Assembly (NCBI GenBank): GCA_009859145.1
Contig: VRVR01000038.1
Coordinates: 215,222-279,221 of the forward strand
Origin: Andalucia godoyi And28
Lineage: Eukaryota > Protista > Jakobida
Direction of reading: 5' to 3'
DNA length: 64,000 nt
The position numbers were made by a program, and so were the translations under genes. A model generated the notes under the pieces. It made no database searches. It worked only from the letters and a program-made list of their open reading frames with translations, and had not been told where the DNA came from. Shown here one piece after another: positions 19,438 through 29,621 of the stretch. Within the stretch, counting starts at the first letter, position 1. The number at the start of each line of letters is the position of its first letter.

Positions 19438-21087
19438 ATGAGTACGAAAGAAGAATGTGTGGATTTGAACAAGGCTGTTATGCTGATTCAGCTGTTTTTG
19501 TTGCAGCAGAATCTTCCAGAATCGTTGGATGCGCTGCAAGCCGAGACTCGGACCAAGCTTTCTTCGTTGCCACAATATACTCTCGATTCCGTCTGTGAGA
19601 ATGTGAAGCTTGGAAACTGGGAGCTGTGTCTTCCTGTGCTTTCCAAGCTGGAGCTTTCCTCTGCGGTTTCCACAAACATGTACTTTTGCTTTTTGGTGGA
19701 TTTGCTTGCAGATGGACAAGTGGCGTTTGCAACACGACTTGCAGCTGAAAAATCCGCATCCTCCATCGAGCCGTTTTTGTCGCTCTCCAATTCCCAACTT
19801 CCTATTGGCAAGCGATTTGCCTCGCATCTGGAAACCGCCAGGCTGTTCCACATGCAGCGATCCATCTCGCGAGCACAGTACTTGACGTTATTTGATCCGC
19901 ACATCTTGTCTAAACGAAGAGAAGAATGCAGTCTGCAGATCAAGGACTCAGTTGCCATTGAAAAGAATGATCTGCTCTATCTCATCGCACACTCCCTTGG
20001 ATCCACGCCTTTCCCCTTGGTGCTTTCCTCTCCCACTTCGACTGCCGCTAATGCTACTTCTGCTGCCACCATTGCTGCTGCTGACGGTCGTGGGGCTTCA
20101 CGGATATCGCGGCGTCCAAAGCTAGCGAACACGATTCGCTTGGACGACGTGAAAATCAAGAGCGCTTCGTTTTCTTCAACGCTCCCGATTTTTGCAGTCT
20201 GCGGCGCCGATGGCGTGTGTGAAATGTACAGCACTGCGAACTTGGCTCTCGACACTGCAATTTGCAAGTTCCAAGAAGAAGATAGGTTCCTTTCTCATAA
20301 ACATGCAATTGTGCAATCTGCGTTCTCTCCCGATTCTGCGTTTTGCTCCGTGGATTCCGCCGGAACAGTCAAAGTCTGGGACTTGTCGGGACTAGCATCG
20401 TGCGTCTGGACATTCAACGCACTCGAGTCGGGTACAGTAGTGAACAGGTTTCCAGACAGTGTCACGTTTGTGCGCTTACTACACGAGCATCTGGTCGTTG
20501 GAAAGTTCTCTGGCTTTGTCGAAGTCTACGAGATGCAGAATCCAGTATTGTTGGCTCGTGTTCGTCTGGATTCCAGAGCCGTTGACGCTGCGGTGATCAC
20601 GCAAGAAAACGGACAATGCCTTCTGCTGCTTTGCTCTGCATCGCAGCTCTACAAGATGGATCTTCCGAAGGGTGCAGGCTCCGCGAGTGCCGAAAGTCTT
20701 GCAAGCATTCACACATTTGATGTTCGCGAGGTGCTTGGAATGGCAGTAGGTTCTCAAAGTGCACCACGTGACCAGATGGTTGTTGTTTGCGGATACGGTT
20801 TGTATGTGTTCTCGACTGCATCGTGGAAGCCTTTGCAAGTTCGCAAGCTGTCCATTCTCAACTACGGAGCAAGCGAGAATGCAAACCTCATGTGGATTGT
20901 CCCAGCCGAGCACCGCGACACGCTCTGTGCGTTGTTGCTCAACGATCTTTCCAGCCCGGAGCATCTGCAGTCCATTGCGTTGCCATCCGTGTCTGCTCGC
21001 GCTGTCGTCCAGTTCATTGGGACCTCACCGGACGGCTCTTCACTCATCGTGTGCACCGATGATCAGCGCGTGCACTTGTACCAATAA
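19438..21087 (+). CDS. SMU1: Divergent SMU1-like LisH/CTLH + WD40 protein
   Basis: LIQLFLLQQNLPESLDALQAET (LisH), VKLGNWELCL, KRREECS..IKDSV, FAVCGADGVCEMY...ICKFQEEDRFLSHKHAIV..AFSPD, WD repeats. Confidence 0.65.
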   Translation: MSTKEECVDLNKAVMLIQLFLLQQNLPESLDALQAETRTKLSSLPQYTLDSVCENVKLGNWELCLPVLSKLELSSAVSTNMYFCFLVDLLADGQVAFATRLAAEKSASSIEPFLSLSNSQLPIGKRFASHLETARLFHMQRSISRAQYLTLFDPHILSKRREECSLQIKDSVAIEKNDLLYLIAHSLGSTPFPLVLSSPTSTAANATSAATIAAADGRGASRISRRPKLANTIRLDDVKIKSASFSSTLPIFAVCGADGVCEMYSTANLALDTAICKFQEEDRFLSHKHAIVQSAFSPDSAFCSVDSAGTVKVWDLSGLASCVWTFNALESGTVVNRFPDSVTFVRLLHEHLVVGKFSGFVEVYEMQNPVLLARVRLDSRAVDAAVITQENGQCLLLLCSASQLYKMDLPKGAGSASAESLASIHTFDVREVLGMAVGSQSAPRDQMVVVCGYGLYVFSTASWKPLQVRKLSILNYGASENANLMWIVPAEHRDTLCALLLNDLSSPEHLQSIALPSVSARAVVQFIGTSPDGSSLIVCTDDQRVHLYQ

Positions 21088-21176
21088 AAACACGTGCCTG
21101 ATGATGGGCATCGCATCCCAATCACTATCGTTCTCTCCCATTTTCTGTCTTTTCTTTTTCTTTTAATAAATGAATG

Positions 21177-22358
21177 TCAGTGTCTTTGTTGCTTATGATC
21201 ATGCTTGCCATCCGACTTGCCGTCTCTGCCAGCGTGGAATTTGTTAGCGCTGCTGCTGCTGTGAGTGTTGTCTTTCGCATTCTCCTTACTGTCCTTTGCA
21301 TGGTACGGCCTCTTTTCCTCTGGCTGCGAACCCTCAAAACCTGCTCTCTTTGCCTCTCTCCGAGCCTTGATGATTTGCTTTTGCTTCTCGCGCTGCTCAT
21401 CAGCCCGTTCTCTAGCTTCTTTTTTGTTGCCTCTCTGTCGAACGGCCTTTTCGCTCTTCTTGATTTGCTTCTTGAGCATTCGCGACGACGACAAGTCCTT
21501 TTCACCAAGCGCTCTTCTTGCCGCTTCTTCGAGTTTCTTGTCCCGAATTCCATCCTCACCCTTCATTTCACGAAGCTTATTCTCCATCTTTTCTGCCTTT
21601 TGAAGAAGCACCTTCTTTTGCTTCAGCGATGTCCTCTGTGCGAGCGCAACTGGGGTGGAAGGCGCGCCGCCAAACTCCACCTTTGAAAACGCCAAATCAT
21701 GCACAGGCGATCGCAACGACGACGACGAATTCGAGTGATCCGAAGACCCAGACTCGCTCAGTGCCTTGCTAGCTCCAGCTTCAACAACATGTCCTTCACC
21801 GTCCTTCCGAGCCCCTGCCTGCCGAGAGCGCTTCGCAGCTCGCTTCACCGCCGCCTTGCCCTCTTTTCCATTTCCATTCTCATCGTCCTCGCCATCCTCG
21901 CCTTCCGACTCTGACGATTCCGCCGCATCTCGCTTTCGATTCGTGTGCAATGCATCCAATTTCGCCTTTAATCGCAATCGCAGTTCATCAATCGATGCTC
22001 CATAGTGCTTTCCTTCTCCCTCTGTTTTGCCATTTCTGCTGAGCACCTCATCATCCTTTGCAGCGCCTTGATTTGCCGATTCCTTTTCAAGTGCAAATTC
22101 TTGTCTCTTTGCAGCGCTCTGTTCTTTTCGCTGTAAAGTCGCCTTTTCGACCTTGATGAGGTTCTTTTTTGCTTCTCGAGTATCCATGTTCTTTGAATTG
22201 ATCAAAAACCGAGACTTGGACTCCGGAGCATCCTCTTGAGCGAGTCCGAACACGCCGCTACTCGAACTGCTTACCGACCGCAACGTCTCTGGAACACACG
22301 AAATCAGCCGGTCGAAAAACGATGCCGACGACTGCAAGCGCGAACTTGTTACACTCAT
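21177..22358 (-). CDS. SURF6: SURF6/RRP14 nucleolar protein
   Basis: N-terminal SFFDRLISCVP (RRP14-N); IDELRLRLKAKLDAL; C-terminal AARRALGEKDL..MLKKQIKK...RAGFEG; Lys/Glu-rich. Confidence 0.8.
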   Translation of the reverse strand: MSVTSSRLQSSASFFDRLISCVPETLRSVSSSSSGVFGLAQEDAPESKSRFLINSKNMDTREAKKNLIKVEKATLQRKEQSAAKRQEFALEKESANQGAAKDDEVLSRNGKTEGEGKHYGASIDELRLRLKAKLDALHTNRKRDAAESSESEGEDGEDDENGNGKEGKAAVKRAAKRSRQAGARKDGEGHVVEAGASKALSESGSSDHSNSSSSLRSPVHDLAFSKVEFGGAPSTPVALAQRTSLKQKKVLLQKAEKMENKLREMKGEDGIRDKKLEEAARRALGEKDLSSSRMLKKQIKKSEKAVRQRGNKKEARERADEQREKQKQIIKARREAKRAGFEGSQPEEKRPYHAKDSKENAKDNTHSSSSANKFHAGRDGKSDGKHDHKQQRH

Positions 22359-22655
22359 GAAAGCAACAGCAACAACGACAACAACAATAATGAATAATGA
22401 ACAATGAACAATGAACAATGAACAATGAATAATGATAATCTAATTCCTTCTACTCGCTGCCGCACACACTCTCTACACTGTCTTTTTTAAATTAATAGGA
22501 ATAATAATAAAATAAAGTAAAAGAAAAAATCGAAAAACGAAGAAAAAGCAATGCTGAATGGGGAAAACAGACGCCGAATAAACGCGAATATCTATTGTGC
22601 TTGCATGGGATGTTAGCCAATCTGGAGTGGCGATCGGGGGATTTTTTCGAGATTG

Positions 22656-23426
22656 TTACGGCAGTTTGTCGAACGGGGTCCAGTCTTCAAAGCAAATGGG
22701 AAAGACGGTGTCGACTGCCTTTTGGGCCTCGAGTCGCGAGGAGCATGCCGGGTTGATTTCGAGGGACAGGACTGCACGTCGCTTGATGCACATCTGGTAA
22801 TGTCCGCGGAATGCTCCTCCAACTTTCCCGCGCATCACTTCCTTCAAGAACGAGCAATCTCCCGACAAATTCGCGGCGCGGATCTCCGAACACGCATGGT
22901 GCGCCAGGTTGCCCCAGTCCATGTTGCGCACTCGACAGTCGTCCAGCGCATGCACCAGTTCATGTGTCAGAATATTCTGCACTCGTTCAAGCACATGTGA
23001 AAAACCACAAGAGCATAAGAGGAACCACGGTCAGCGAAAAAAAGAGGCAACAATAACAATATTTTTTTTCAGAGTTCAACAAGCACAAAGTAAGAAAGAA
23101 CGAGATCATACATTCATGGAGGATTGGTCGCGAATGCGGTCCTCACACAGCACGACGCCGAGTCCGCGCTCGTATCCTCCACCGACTTGGAGAGTGCATC
23201 GGACGCACTTGATCGCAGGCGGCGGACATCCAAACGACTGCATCGAAGCAAGCAACTGTCGTACTTCAGGATTTAACGCCTGTGCCGCACCGGACATTTG
23301 CTCGCATGATGCATGGTCCGCAGCGTTCACACTCGGCTCGTACGGACTTCGCGACAACGACGACCCGTCTTGCTGTACCATTCCATCGTCCACACTCTCG
23401 CCACCACCACTGCCGCTGCTGCTCAT
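22656..23426 (-). CDS. ATP23: Mitochondrial inner-membrane metalloprotease ATP23 (peptidase M76); exons 23426-23112 and 22976-22656
   Basis: Splicing gives in-frame DQSSMN|NILTHELVHALDDCR (HExxH); HHACSEIRAANLSGDC, CIKRRAVLS, CFEDWTPF. Confidence 0.9.
22977..23111 (-). other. Spliceosomal intron (135 nt) in ATP23
   Basis: GTATGA donor, internal CTGAC branch-like site, GTGCAG acceptor; removal keeps the frame. Confidence 0.8.
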
Positions 23427-23792
23427 GTTTCGTGCATTCCAAAGATCGTACAGTGAGAAAACCCCGAAGCATCAACCCTTAAAGCCAAAAGGGAAATCAG
23501 CAATGGGGATGGGGCGGAAAGGCGGAGGCTATTGCACGATAGCAATTGCACGGTAACAGAAACCTCGGGCTCCCAGTCCCAATCTTCCCCTCCTTTCCAA
23601 ACTCAAAAGGCGTCCCGATTGTCGGAAGCCGGAAATGTGCGGGACTTATCCATCGTTCCAAAGTTTCGCAACTGAAGGACGGAACGATCGGAATCACAGA
23701 AGAAAAATAGTGCAACTGTGTGTAGTGCTCACATATTGAAATTTTAAAGGAAAACGGGTGAGTAGGCGGGAGAAAGAGAGAGAAGCAGGGAA

Positions 23793-26555
23793 ATGTACGA
23801 TGTGCTTTCGTCGTATTTGAATGCGGTGGCGGCAGTGTGCTTCATTGTCTTTTTGGGCTATCTGTTCTCCGAGTTTGACTTGATTCAGCACACACAGGCG
23901 GCGGCACTTGGCCGATTTCTGGTGTTTGTGTCGCTTCCTGCACTTGTCTTTCGCGGCACTGCATTTGTCAAACTGTCCTCCGTGGACTTTGACTTTGTCT
24001 TGCTGTTCCTTTCTGCGGTTGTGCTCGCTTATTTCCTCACTCTTCTATGCGGCCTCCTCTGGGGCCCAGCCATTCCCGTTCTCATGGACAATGTTCCGTC
24101 TTCTTCTTCTTCTTCTTCTTCTTCTTCTTCTTCTTCTTCTTCTTCTTCTTCTTCTTCTTCTTCTTCTTCTTCTTCTTCTTCTGCTGCTGCTGCTGCTGCT
24201 GCTACCACTTCTAATACACCTGCAACTTCTGCGATGACGAGTAGCAGTAGTGGTGTGAAGAAGAGTGGGAGTAGCAGTGCGAGTGCGAGTGGCAGTGCAG
24301 AGAATGATCCGTACAACTATAGCGGTGTTGGCATTGCGGAAGAGAATGGGAGTATGAATAGCAACACGAATCATAGCAGTAGTATGAATATCGATGATGG
24401 TGTTGGAGACGGGGGAGAAGAGATTGCGAGGCGATCGCGAGTAGGAATCTCAGGAATGATGGCACTGATTGTGGCGTTTCCATCAACCATTTTCCTTGGA
24501 GTGCCGATTGTCGAGGAGATTTTTGGTCACGAGTATGTCGTGTACTGCTTTTTGATTCCGTTTCTATCACAGTTCATTCTTTTTCCAGTGTCCTTTGCGT
24601 GCTTTGCAATCGAGCAGCAATATTCAAGAGATGCACGTCGAAGGAAAACTGTGATGCAGCTTGTTCCTTTTGTTCTCTACCGCGTGTTTTCCAACCCGGT
24701 GATGATCCCCGCGGTCATTGGTCTGTTCTGCGCTGCGCTGGAGCTCCATCTGCCAAAGGCATTTGAAGTCGGATCGTCGCTTCTGGGCGATTCGGCATCG
24801 GCAATTGCGCTCTTTTTGCTTGGGTTCAACATGAGCTCAAGACCGTTTGTTGCATCGGACTGGGTCGTGTCGTCCGTGCTGATCGTTGTCAAGCAGGTGC
24901 TGTTACCAATCGTGACGTGGTCCGTCATGCTGCTTCGTTATGATATCAACTCACCGTTTGTGTCGCTGGCATTTATTCTTGCGGCTCTCCCGACTGCACA
25001 GGTCCTGTATGCAGTGTCACTGCATGCACGACTAAAACATGGCCAGGATCTGGTTTCGTCAAGCATTGTGCTGGGCATGCTTGTGTCCGTACCTCTACTC
25101 TTCTTTTCCATCCCGCTGCTCGAATACTCTTTCACAGACCTGTTCAATCCACGGCCGCTCTCCAACCACGATATCGAGGTCATTCGCTACGTCCTGTCGG
25201 TGAATGGAGGACTTGGAATGCTCGGCACCCTATTCATCTTGGTCTCAGCTGTGCTCTTTCGACCGTTCATGCTTTCGTATCCACGACGATTCATCGTTGC
25301 GCTGTCGTTTCACTTGTTCTGCGTCACGTTCTTCTTCTGGATGGGGACCGTCGTCGGGTACGACAACCTTTATGAAAAGGATCCAGGCAGCGAGAACTTC
25401 ACTGTCTACAAGCTGTGCAAGGTGCAGGCAGCAGGCATCCAGTTTTTTGGATTCGCAGCTCTCGTTTGGTTCTGTGCAATCACACTGGATCTTTATCTTT
25501 TGATCGTCAGGAAAGTGAAGAAGCGAACATGTATGTCACTAGAAAAATGGTATCATATTGCAGCGATCACTTGCGGCGCTTCCACGACGTTTTTTGCTGC
25601 GTATGTCGATGGATTGGGCCCTGCTGGTCCGTGGTGCTGGCTCACGTCATCGGCGCTGCAGCTCGGGGCGTACTATGTCTTCATGGTCGTTCTTGGTCTT
25701 GCTGGATTCTTGTTTATGAACTCAGTGCTCCGTGCGTTCCGCCAATCCGAAATCGACACTCAGAAGTACAAGGTACGTGTCAAAAGACCTGTTGTTCTTG
25801 CGCCGATATCGTCTGCAGGAAGCGGTGTAATGTCTACCGCGGGAGCTTCTTCGTCTTCATCTGGTGCTGCCTCCTCGTCCGCTTCGTTGAACACCTCGGG
25901 GATCAGTACGGGAGCATTGGGCACAGCTGCGCATGCGGGTTCCTCTGGCGAGGCACGAAACGGTCGTCGCCGCCTCTACTTTTTTATCCTCACGTATCTC
26001 TCTCTGTGGGTGTTCGGTGCTGGAAACCGTCTTGAGCAAGCGATTACCGGCAAGCCGACGTTCTTCATGTCCTTTGCGCACGCGTACTTCACAGCTGCCC
26101 AGGGGTTTCTGGTCTTTTTAATCTGGGGATTGCACTTCAAGCTCCGGAAGCTTTACAGACTCTTGTTTGCTCGCATTTCCAAGAAAATGGGCATATGGGT
26201 TGCGACGTACTGTGCGTGCCTGCAACCGGTCCGTGAGTATCCGACGTTTGACGCCGCGTTTACAAGTGCGGATCCCGGCTACTATGCGTCGACAAGGGGG
26301 CAGTCTGCAGTCATTGCAAGTTCTCCGGGAACCTATGACCCACCACCGCTGTCCCAGAAGACCGAGTCTTGGAACTCCGAATCAGACGGTCTAGGAAAGC
26401 CTCTTCTCGACAATGAAGCAGGCAACGAGTTCGACAACGACGGCGACGACTACAACGATGGTGATGGTGATGGTGATGGTGATTATGATGGCCGGCGTGA
26501 TGGCATTCCGATGCATCCGCTGAACAGTAATAGGCATTCTTCTCCGTATCCGTAG
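23793..26555 (+). CDS. PIN/auxin-efflux-carrier-like transporter fused to a cAMP-receptor/GCR1-like 7TM domain (LYCHOS/GPR155-like architecture)
   Basis: N-half: LGRFLVFVSLPALVF, FPSTIFLGVP, FSNPVMIP, LLGDSASAIALFLLG, AALPTAQ. C-half: CKVQAAGIQFFGFAALVWFCAITLDLY, GPAGPWCWL, AAQGFLVFLIWG. Confidence 0.85.
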   Translation: MYDVLSSYLNAVAAVCFIVFLGYLFSEFDLIQHTQAAALGRFLVFVSLPALVFRGTAFVKLSSVDFDFVLLFLSAVVLAYFLTLLCGLLWGPAIPVLMDNVPSSSSSSSSSSSSSSSSSSSSSSSSSSSSAAAAAAATTSNTPATSAMTSSSSGVKKSGSSSASASGSAENDPYNYSGVGIAEENGSMNSNTNHSSSMNIDDGVGDGGEEIARRSRVGISGMMALIVAFPSTIFLGVPIVEEIFGHEYVVYCFLIPFLSQFILFPVSFACFAIEQQYSRDARRRKTVMQLVPFVLYRVFSNPVMIPAVIGLFCAALELHLPKAFEVGSSLLGDSASAIALFLLGFNMSSRPFVASDWVVSSVLIVVKQVLLPIVTWSVMLLRYDINSPFVSLAFILAALPTAQVLYAVSLHARLKHGQDLVSSSIVLGMLVSVPLLFFSIPLLEYSFTDLFNPRPLSNHDIEVIRYVLSVNGGLGMLGTLFILVSAVLFRPFMLSYPRRFIVALSFHLFCVTFFFWMGTVVGYDNLYEKDPGSENFTVYKLCKVQAAGIQFFGFAALVWFCAITLDLYLLIVRKVKKRTCMSLEKWYHIAAITCGASTTFFAAYVDGLGPAGPWCWLTSSALQLGAYYVFMVVLGLAGFLFMNSVLRAFRQSEIDTQKYKVRVKRPVVLAPISSAGSGVMSTAGASSSSSGAASSSASLNTSGISTGALGTAAHAGSSGEARNGRRRLYFFILTYLSLWVFGAGNRLEQAITGKPTFFMSFAHAYFTAAQGFLVFLIWGLHFKLRKLYRLLFARISKKMGIWVATYCACLQPVREYPTFDAAFTSADPGYYASTRGQSAVIASSPGTYDPPPLSQKTESWNSESDGLGKPLLDNEAGNEFDNDGDDYNDGDGDGDGDYDGRRDGIPMHPLNSNRHSSPYP
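24099..24182 (+). repeat. (TCT)28 coding microsatellite (poly-Ser) followed by (GCT)7
   Basis: Read directly; in frame with the 23793 ORF. Confidence 0.95.
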
Positions 26556-26936
26556 ACCATCATTTTCTCTTTCATGTTCGTGGATATAACCTGTTGCTCT
26601 TGCATTGCATTTCCTGCGATCCACTGTTTCTGTGCCTCACATTTGCGCCGTTCTTCTGTTTTCCGATTCCCCGATAGCTGTCAAGGTCGACTGCACCATC
26701 GCCACGTGCGATACTTCTACCAGTATATTATACAATTGTCTAAAAGAGAGGGACACCCAGAAAGAAAGAAATAAAGAAATAAAGAAATAAACTAATCAAT
26801 ATATTAATAAAGTAAATAGAGTAAATAAAGTAAATGGATAAATGAAATTATCAAGCGCGCAGAAACATAGCGGATGCATTTCCTTTTTTGGATCCAATTG
26901 TTTGTTTGCCCGATGCCTTTTTCGTCTGCTCGCGCA

Positions 26937-27067
26937 GTCCACGTGGATGATCCGTGTCTTTTGCGCTGTCAAGGAACCGACCAATTCCACGTGTCATGAA
27001 CACTTCTGAGGATGCGGCAGTGATGATTGCTGTATATGTATAAACAAGAGTGAGAGTGCTGACTGCT
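26937..27067 (+). ncRNA. Two tandem candidate box C/D snoRNA-like units
   Basis: Unit 1: TGGATGA (26944-50)...CTGA (27006-09) with GTCC/GGAT ends. Unit 2: GTGATGA (27020-26)...CTGA (27059-62) with GCAG/CTGC ends. No rRNA target confirmed. Confidence 0.2.
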
Positions 27068-27262
27068 CTTTTCTTTTCTTTCTTTTTTCTTTCCTCTGTT
27101 TCTTCTTTGGTAAGCCAACAAATCATCACTGCATTTCCACTAGCTTTTCCAGCGTTTCATACTCATCTTTTATTATTCTTTTTATATTAGTCTGTTCTTC
27201 GCTCTGCAGCAGCAGCAGGAGTACTTGTGGTAGTTGCCGTATTATTCTCTAGACAGCCAGTC

Positions 27263-27811
27263 ATGGGTCAGTGGATGTCTCGTGCATGGAATGCACTGAT
27301 CAGGGAAAAAGAAGTGCGTGTTCTGATGGTCGGTCTCGATGCGGCTGGAAAGACCACGATCCTGTACAAGCTGAAGCTTGGTGATGTTATCCAGACTGTC
27401 CCAACCATCGGTTTCAACGTCGAAAGTGTCCAGTACAAGAACATCAAGTTTAATGTGTGGGACGTCGGAGGCCAGTTCAAAATCCGGGCTCTCTGGCGAT
27501 ACTATTTCACCGGTTCGCAGGCAGTGATCTTCGTGGTGGATACGGCAGATCGTGACCGCATTGCCGAGGCAAAGGAGGAGCTGTGGAGGCTCTTGGAAGA
27601 AGACGAACTGCGTGATGCCAGCGTCCTGGTGCTTGCCAACAAGAATGATCTGCCCCATTCGATGTCCGTTTCCGACTTGTTCGACAAGCTGGGTCTGCGA
27701 GAAGTCCGAAATCGCCAAGTGTACGTCCAAGCAACCAATGCAATTGCTGGCGATGGACTCTACGAAGGACTCGACTGGCTGGCACACTCTATCAGCAAGC
27801 GCAAACGATAG
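27263..27811 (+). CDS. ADP-ribosylation factor family GTPase
   Basis: MG start, [48 protein letters not shown]. Confidence 0.93.
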   Translation: MGQWMSRAWNALIREKEVRVLMVGLDAAGKTTILYKLKLGDVIQTVPTIGFNVESVQYKNIKFNVWDVGGQFKIRALWRYYFTGSQAVIFVVDTADRDRIAEAKEELWRLLEEDELRDASVLVLANKNDLPHSMSVSDLFDKLGLREVRNRQVYVQATNAIAGDGLYEGLDWLAHSISKRKR

Positions 27812-28083
27812 TGATAGCGATTTAACACGCCGCCGTTCGCCGAGTCTCTTGCTTGCTTTTGACGCTGCCATCCTGCTGCCGCCTCTGCAACCCACTACGC
27901 ATTTTTTCATTTTTCCCCCCTCCTTCCTCGTACTGTAAAAAGCATGTGCATGCAACACTGGATCGTACCATGACCTCCTTGAAAATCTCTCCCGCTGAAA
28001 AGTTGGGCGCGCTGCGTTCTTTTTCAGTCGTATCTCTCTCTTTTTTGTTCTAATTATTTTCTTCTTCTCTTTCTCTCCGGTTC

Positions 28084-29526
28084 ATGTTGAAGATTGAGCT
28101 TGGATATGTCGGGTGTGTCTTGTTTCTCGCGCGATTTCTGCGCTTGTTTGCGTACGGCGTGGTAGCAGTGGTGCTGCTTTTGTATTTGTCGGCACTAGGA
28201 TTCGAGTCTTCCGAGATTGGGACTCTGTTGTTCCTGACGCTGTTTGGAGACGCATTCATTACAGTTACACTGACTGCGAAGGCTGATCGATTTATCGGCA
28301 GGAAAGTGACGTTGGTGATCGGTGCAGTGCTGATGTGTCTTTCTGGGCTTGCCTTTAGTGCATTTTCCATCCTGTGGGTGCTTGTGCTGGCGGCCACAAT
28401 CGGTGTCATTTCGCCTGCCGGTGGCGAAATTGGGCCGTTTCTCGCCGTCGAGCAAGCGGCGCTGACACAGATTGTTTCCAACGACAGCAGAACTGCTGTC
28501 TTTTCATGGCAGAATCTAGTTGGGGTGGGCGGCCAAGCGCTCGGTGCAGTGGTTGGATCCTGGATGGTGCAATCTCTCATGGACGCCCATGACTGGTCCT
28601 CTTTGGACGCCTACCGAGCTTGCTTCTATGTGTACGCCTTGATCGGAGCTGGCCTTGCTCTGCTGTACATTCAGTTGCCATCCGGTCGCATCGAAATCAC
28701 TTCTGATTACGCATCCTTGGCTGCTTCAGACTCTGCAATCCGGCATTTCTCGAACAGTGACGATGCAGACGATGGTGATGGTGGTGATGCGGATGACCGC
28801 GATGTCGGCGGTCGGCACTGCTGGTCTCTGGCGAGGATGTATGCACGTGTAGGATTACCGAACTCAGGTTCATTGGTGGCCAAAATATCGTGTTTGTTCT
28901 CGCTGGATGCATTCGCAGGAGGACTCGTTTTGCAGTCCATTCTTGTGTACTGGTTCCATATCCGCTATGGGCTTCGTCCCCAGACGCTGGGGATCATCCT
29001 CTTCTTTGTGAACTTGATCGCGGCTGGATCATCTCTGGCAGCCGTCCCGCTTTCCAAGCGGTTTGGACTTGTGAACACGATGGTCTTCACGCACCTGCCG
29101 TCGCACGTGCTTCTTGTCATGGTTCCCCTCATGCCCAATGTCGAGTCTGCGGTTTCTGTCTTACTGCTGCGGTTCACGATAAGCCAGATGGATGTTCCAA
29201 CGCGCCAAAGCTATGTTGCAGCCGTGGTGGATCCTACCGAACGTTCAGCTGCCGCAGGAATGAACACGCTGGCCCGTTCGCTCGGTTCTGCAGTCGGTCC
29301 TCTTGTGGCCGGCTGGATGATGCAAGATCCGTCGAGCGTGTGGTTTGACATCCCGTTCTTTCTCGCCGCAGTTCTTAAGACGATCTATGATTTGCTGTTG
29401 CGGAGAAGTTTTCTGTCCGTCAAGGCTGTGGAAGAGCGCGTTCCAGACGGGCGCAGAGAAATGATGGAGGAAATCGCTCTGGAAATCGACCAAGACGAGA
29501 ACGACTCGCTCTTTGAAAAGGGTTAA
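28084..29526 (+). CDS. Major facilitator superfamily transporter
   Basis: About 12 hydrophobic segments; ADRFIGRK, ISPAGGEIGPFLAVEQAAL, FSLDAFAGG, SQMDVPTRQSYVAAVVDPTERSAAAG. Confidence 0.9.
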   Translation: MLKIELGYVGCVLFLARFLRLFAYGVVAVVLLLYLSALGFESSEIGTLLFLTLFGDAFITVTLTAKADRFIGRKVTLVIGAVLMCLSGLAFSAFSILWVLVLAATIGVISPAGGEIGPFLAVEQAALTQIVSNDSRTAVFSWQNLVGVGGQALGAVVGSWMVQSLMDAHDWSSLDAYRACFYVYALIGAGLALLYIQLPSGRIEITSDYASLAASDSAIRHFSNSDDADDGDGGDADDRDVGGRHCWSLARMYARVGLPNSGSLVAKISCLFSLDAFAGGLVLQSILVYWFHIRYGLRPQTLGIILFFVNLIAAGSSLAAVPLSKRFGLVNTMVFTHLPSHVLLVMVPLMPNVESAVSVLLLRFTISQMDVPTRQSYVAAVVDPTERSAAAGMNTLARSLGSAVGPLVAGWMMQDPSSVWFDIPFFLAAVLKTIYDLLLRRSFLSVKAVEERVPDGRREMMEEIALEIDQDENDSLFEKG

Positions 29527-29621
29527 ACCTGCCGACTTTGTGTGTGTGTGTGTGTGTGTGTTCTGTTCATTCTTCTGGTACCTTCTTCCTCTGCGCTTGC
29601 CGCTGTTGTGGTAGTTGCTGT

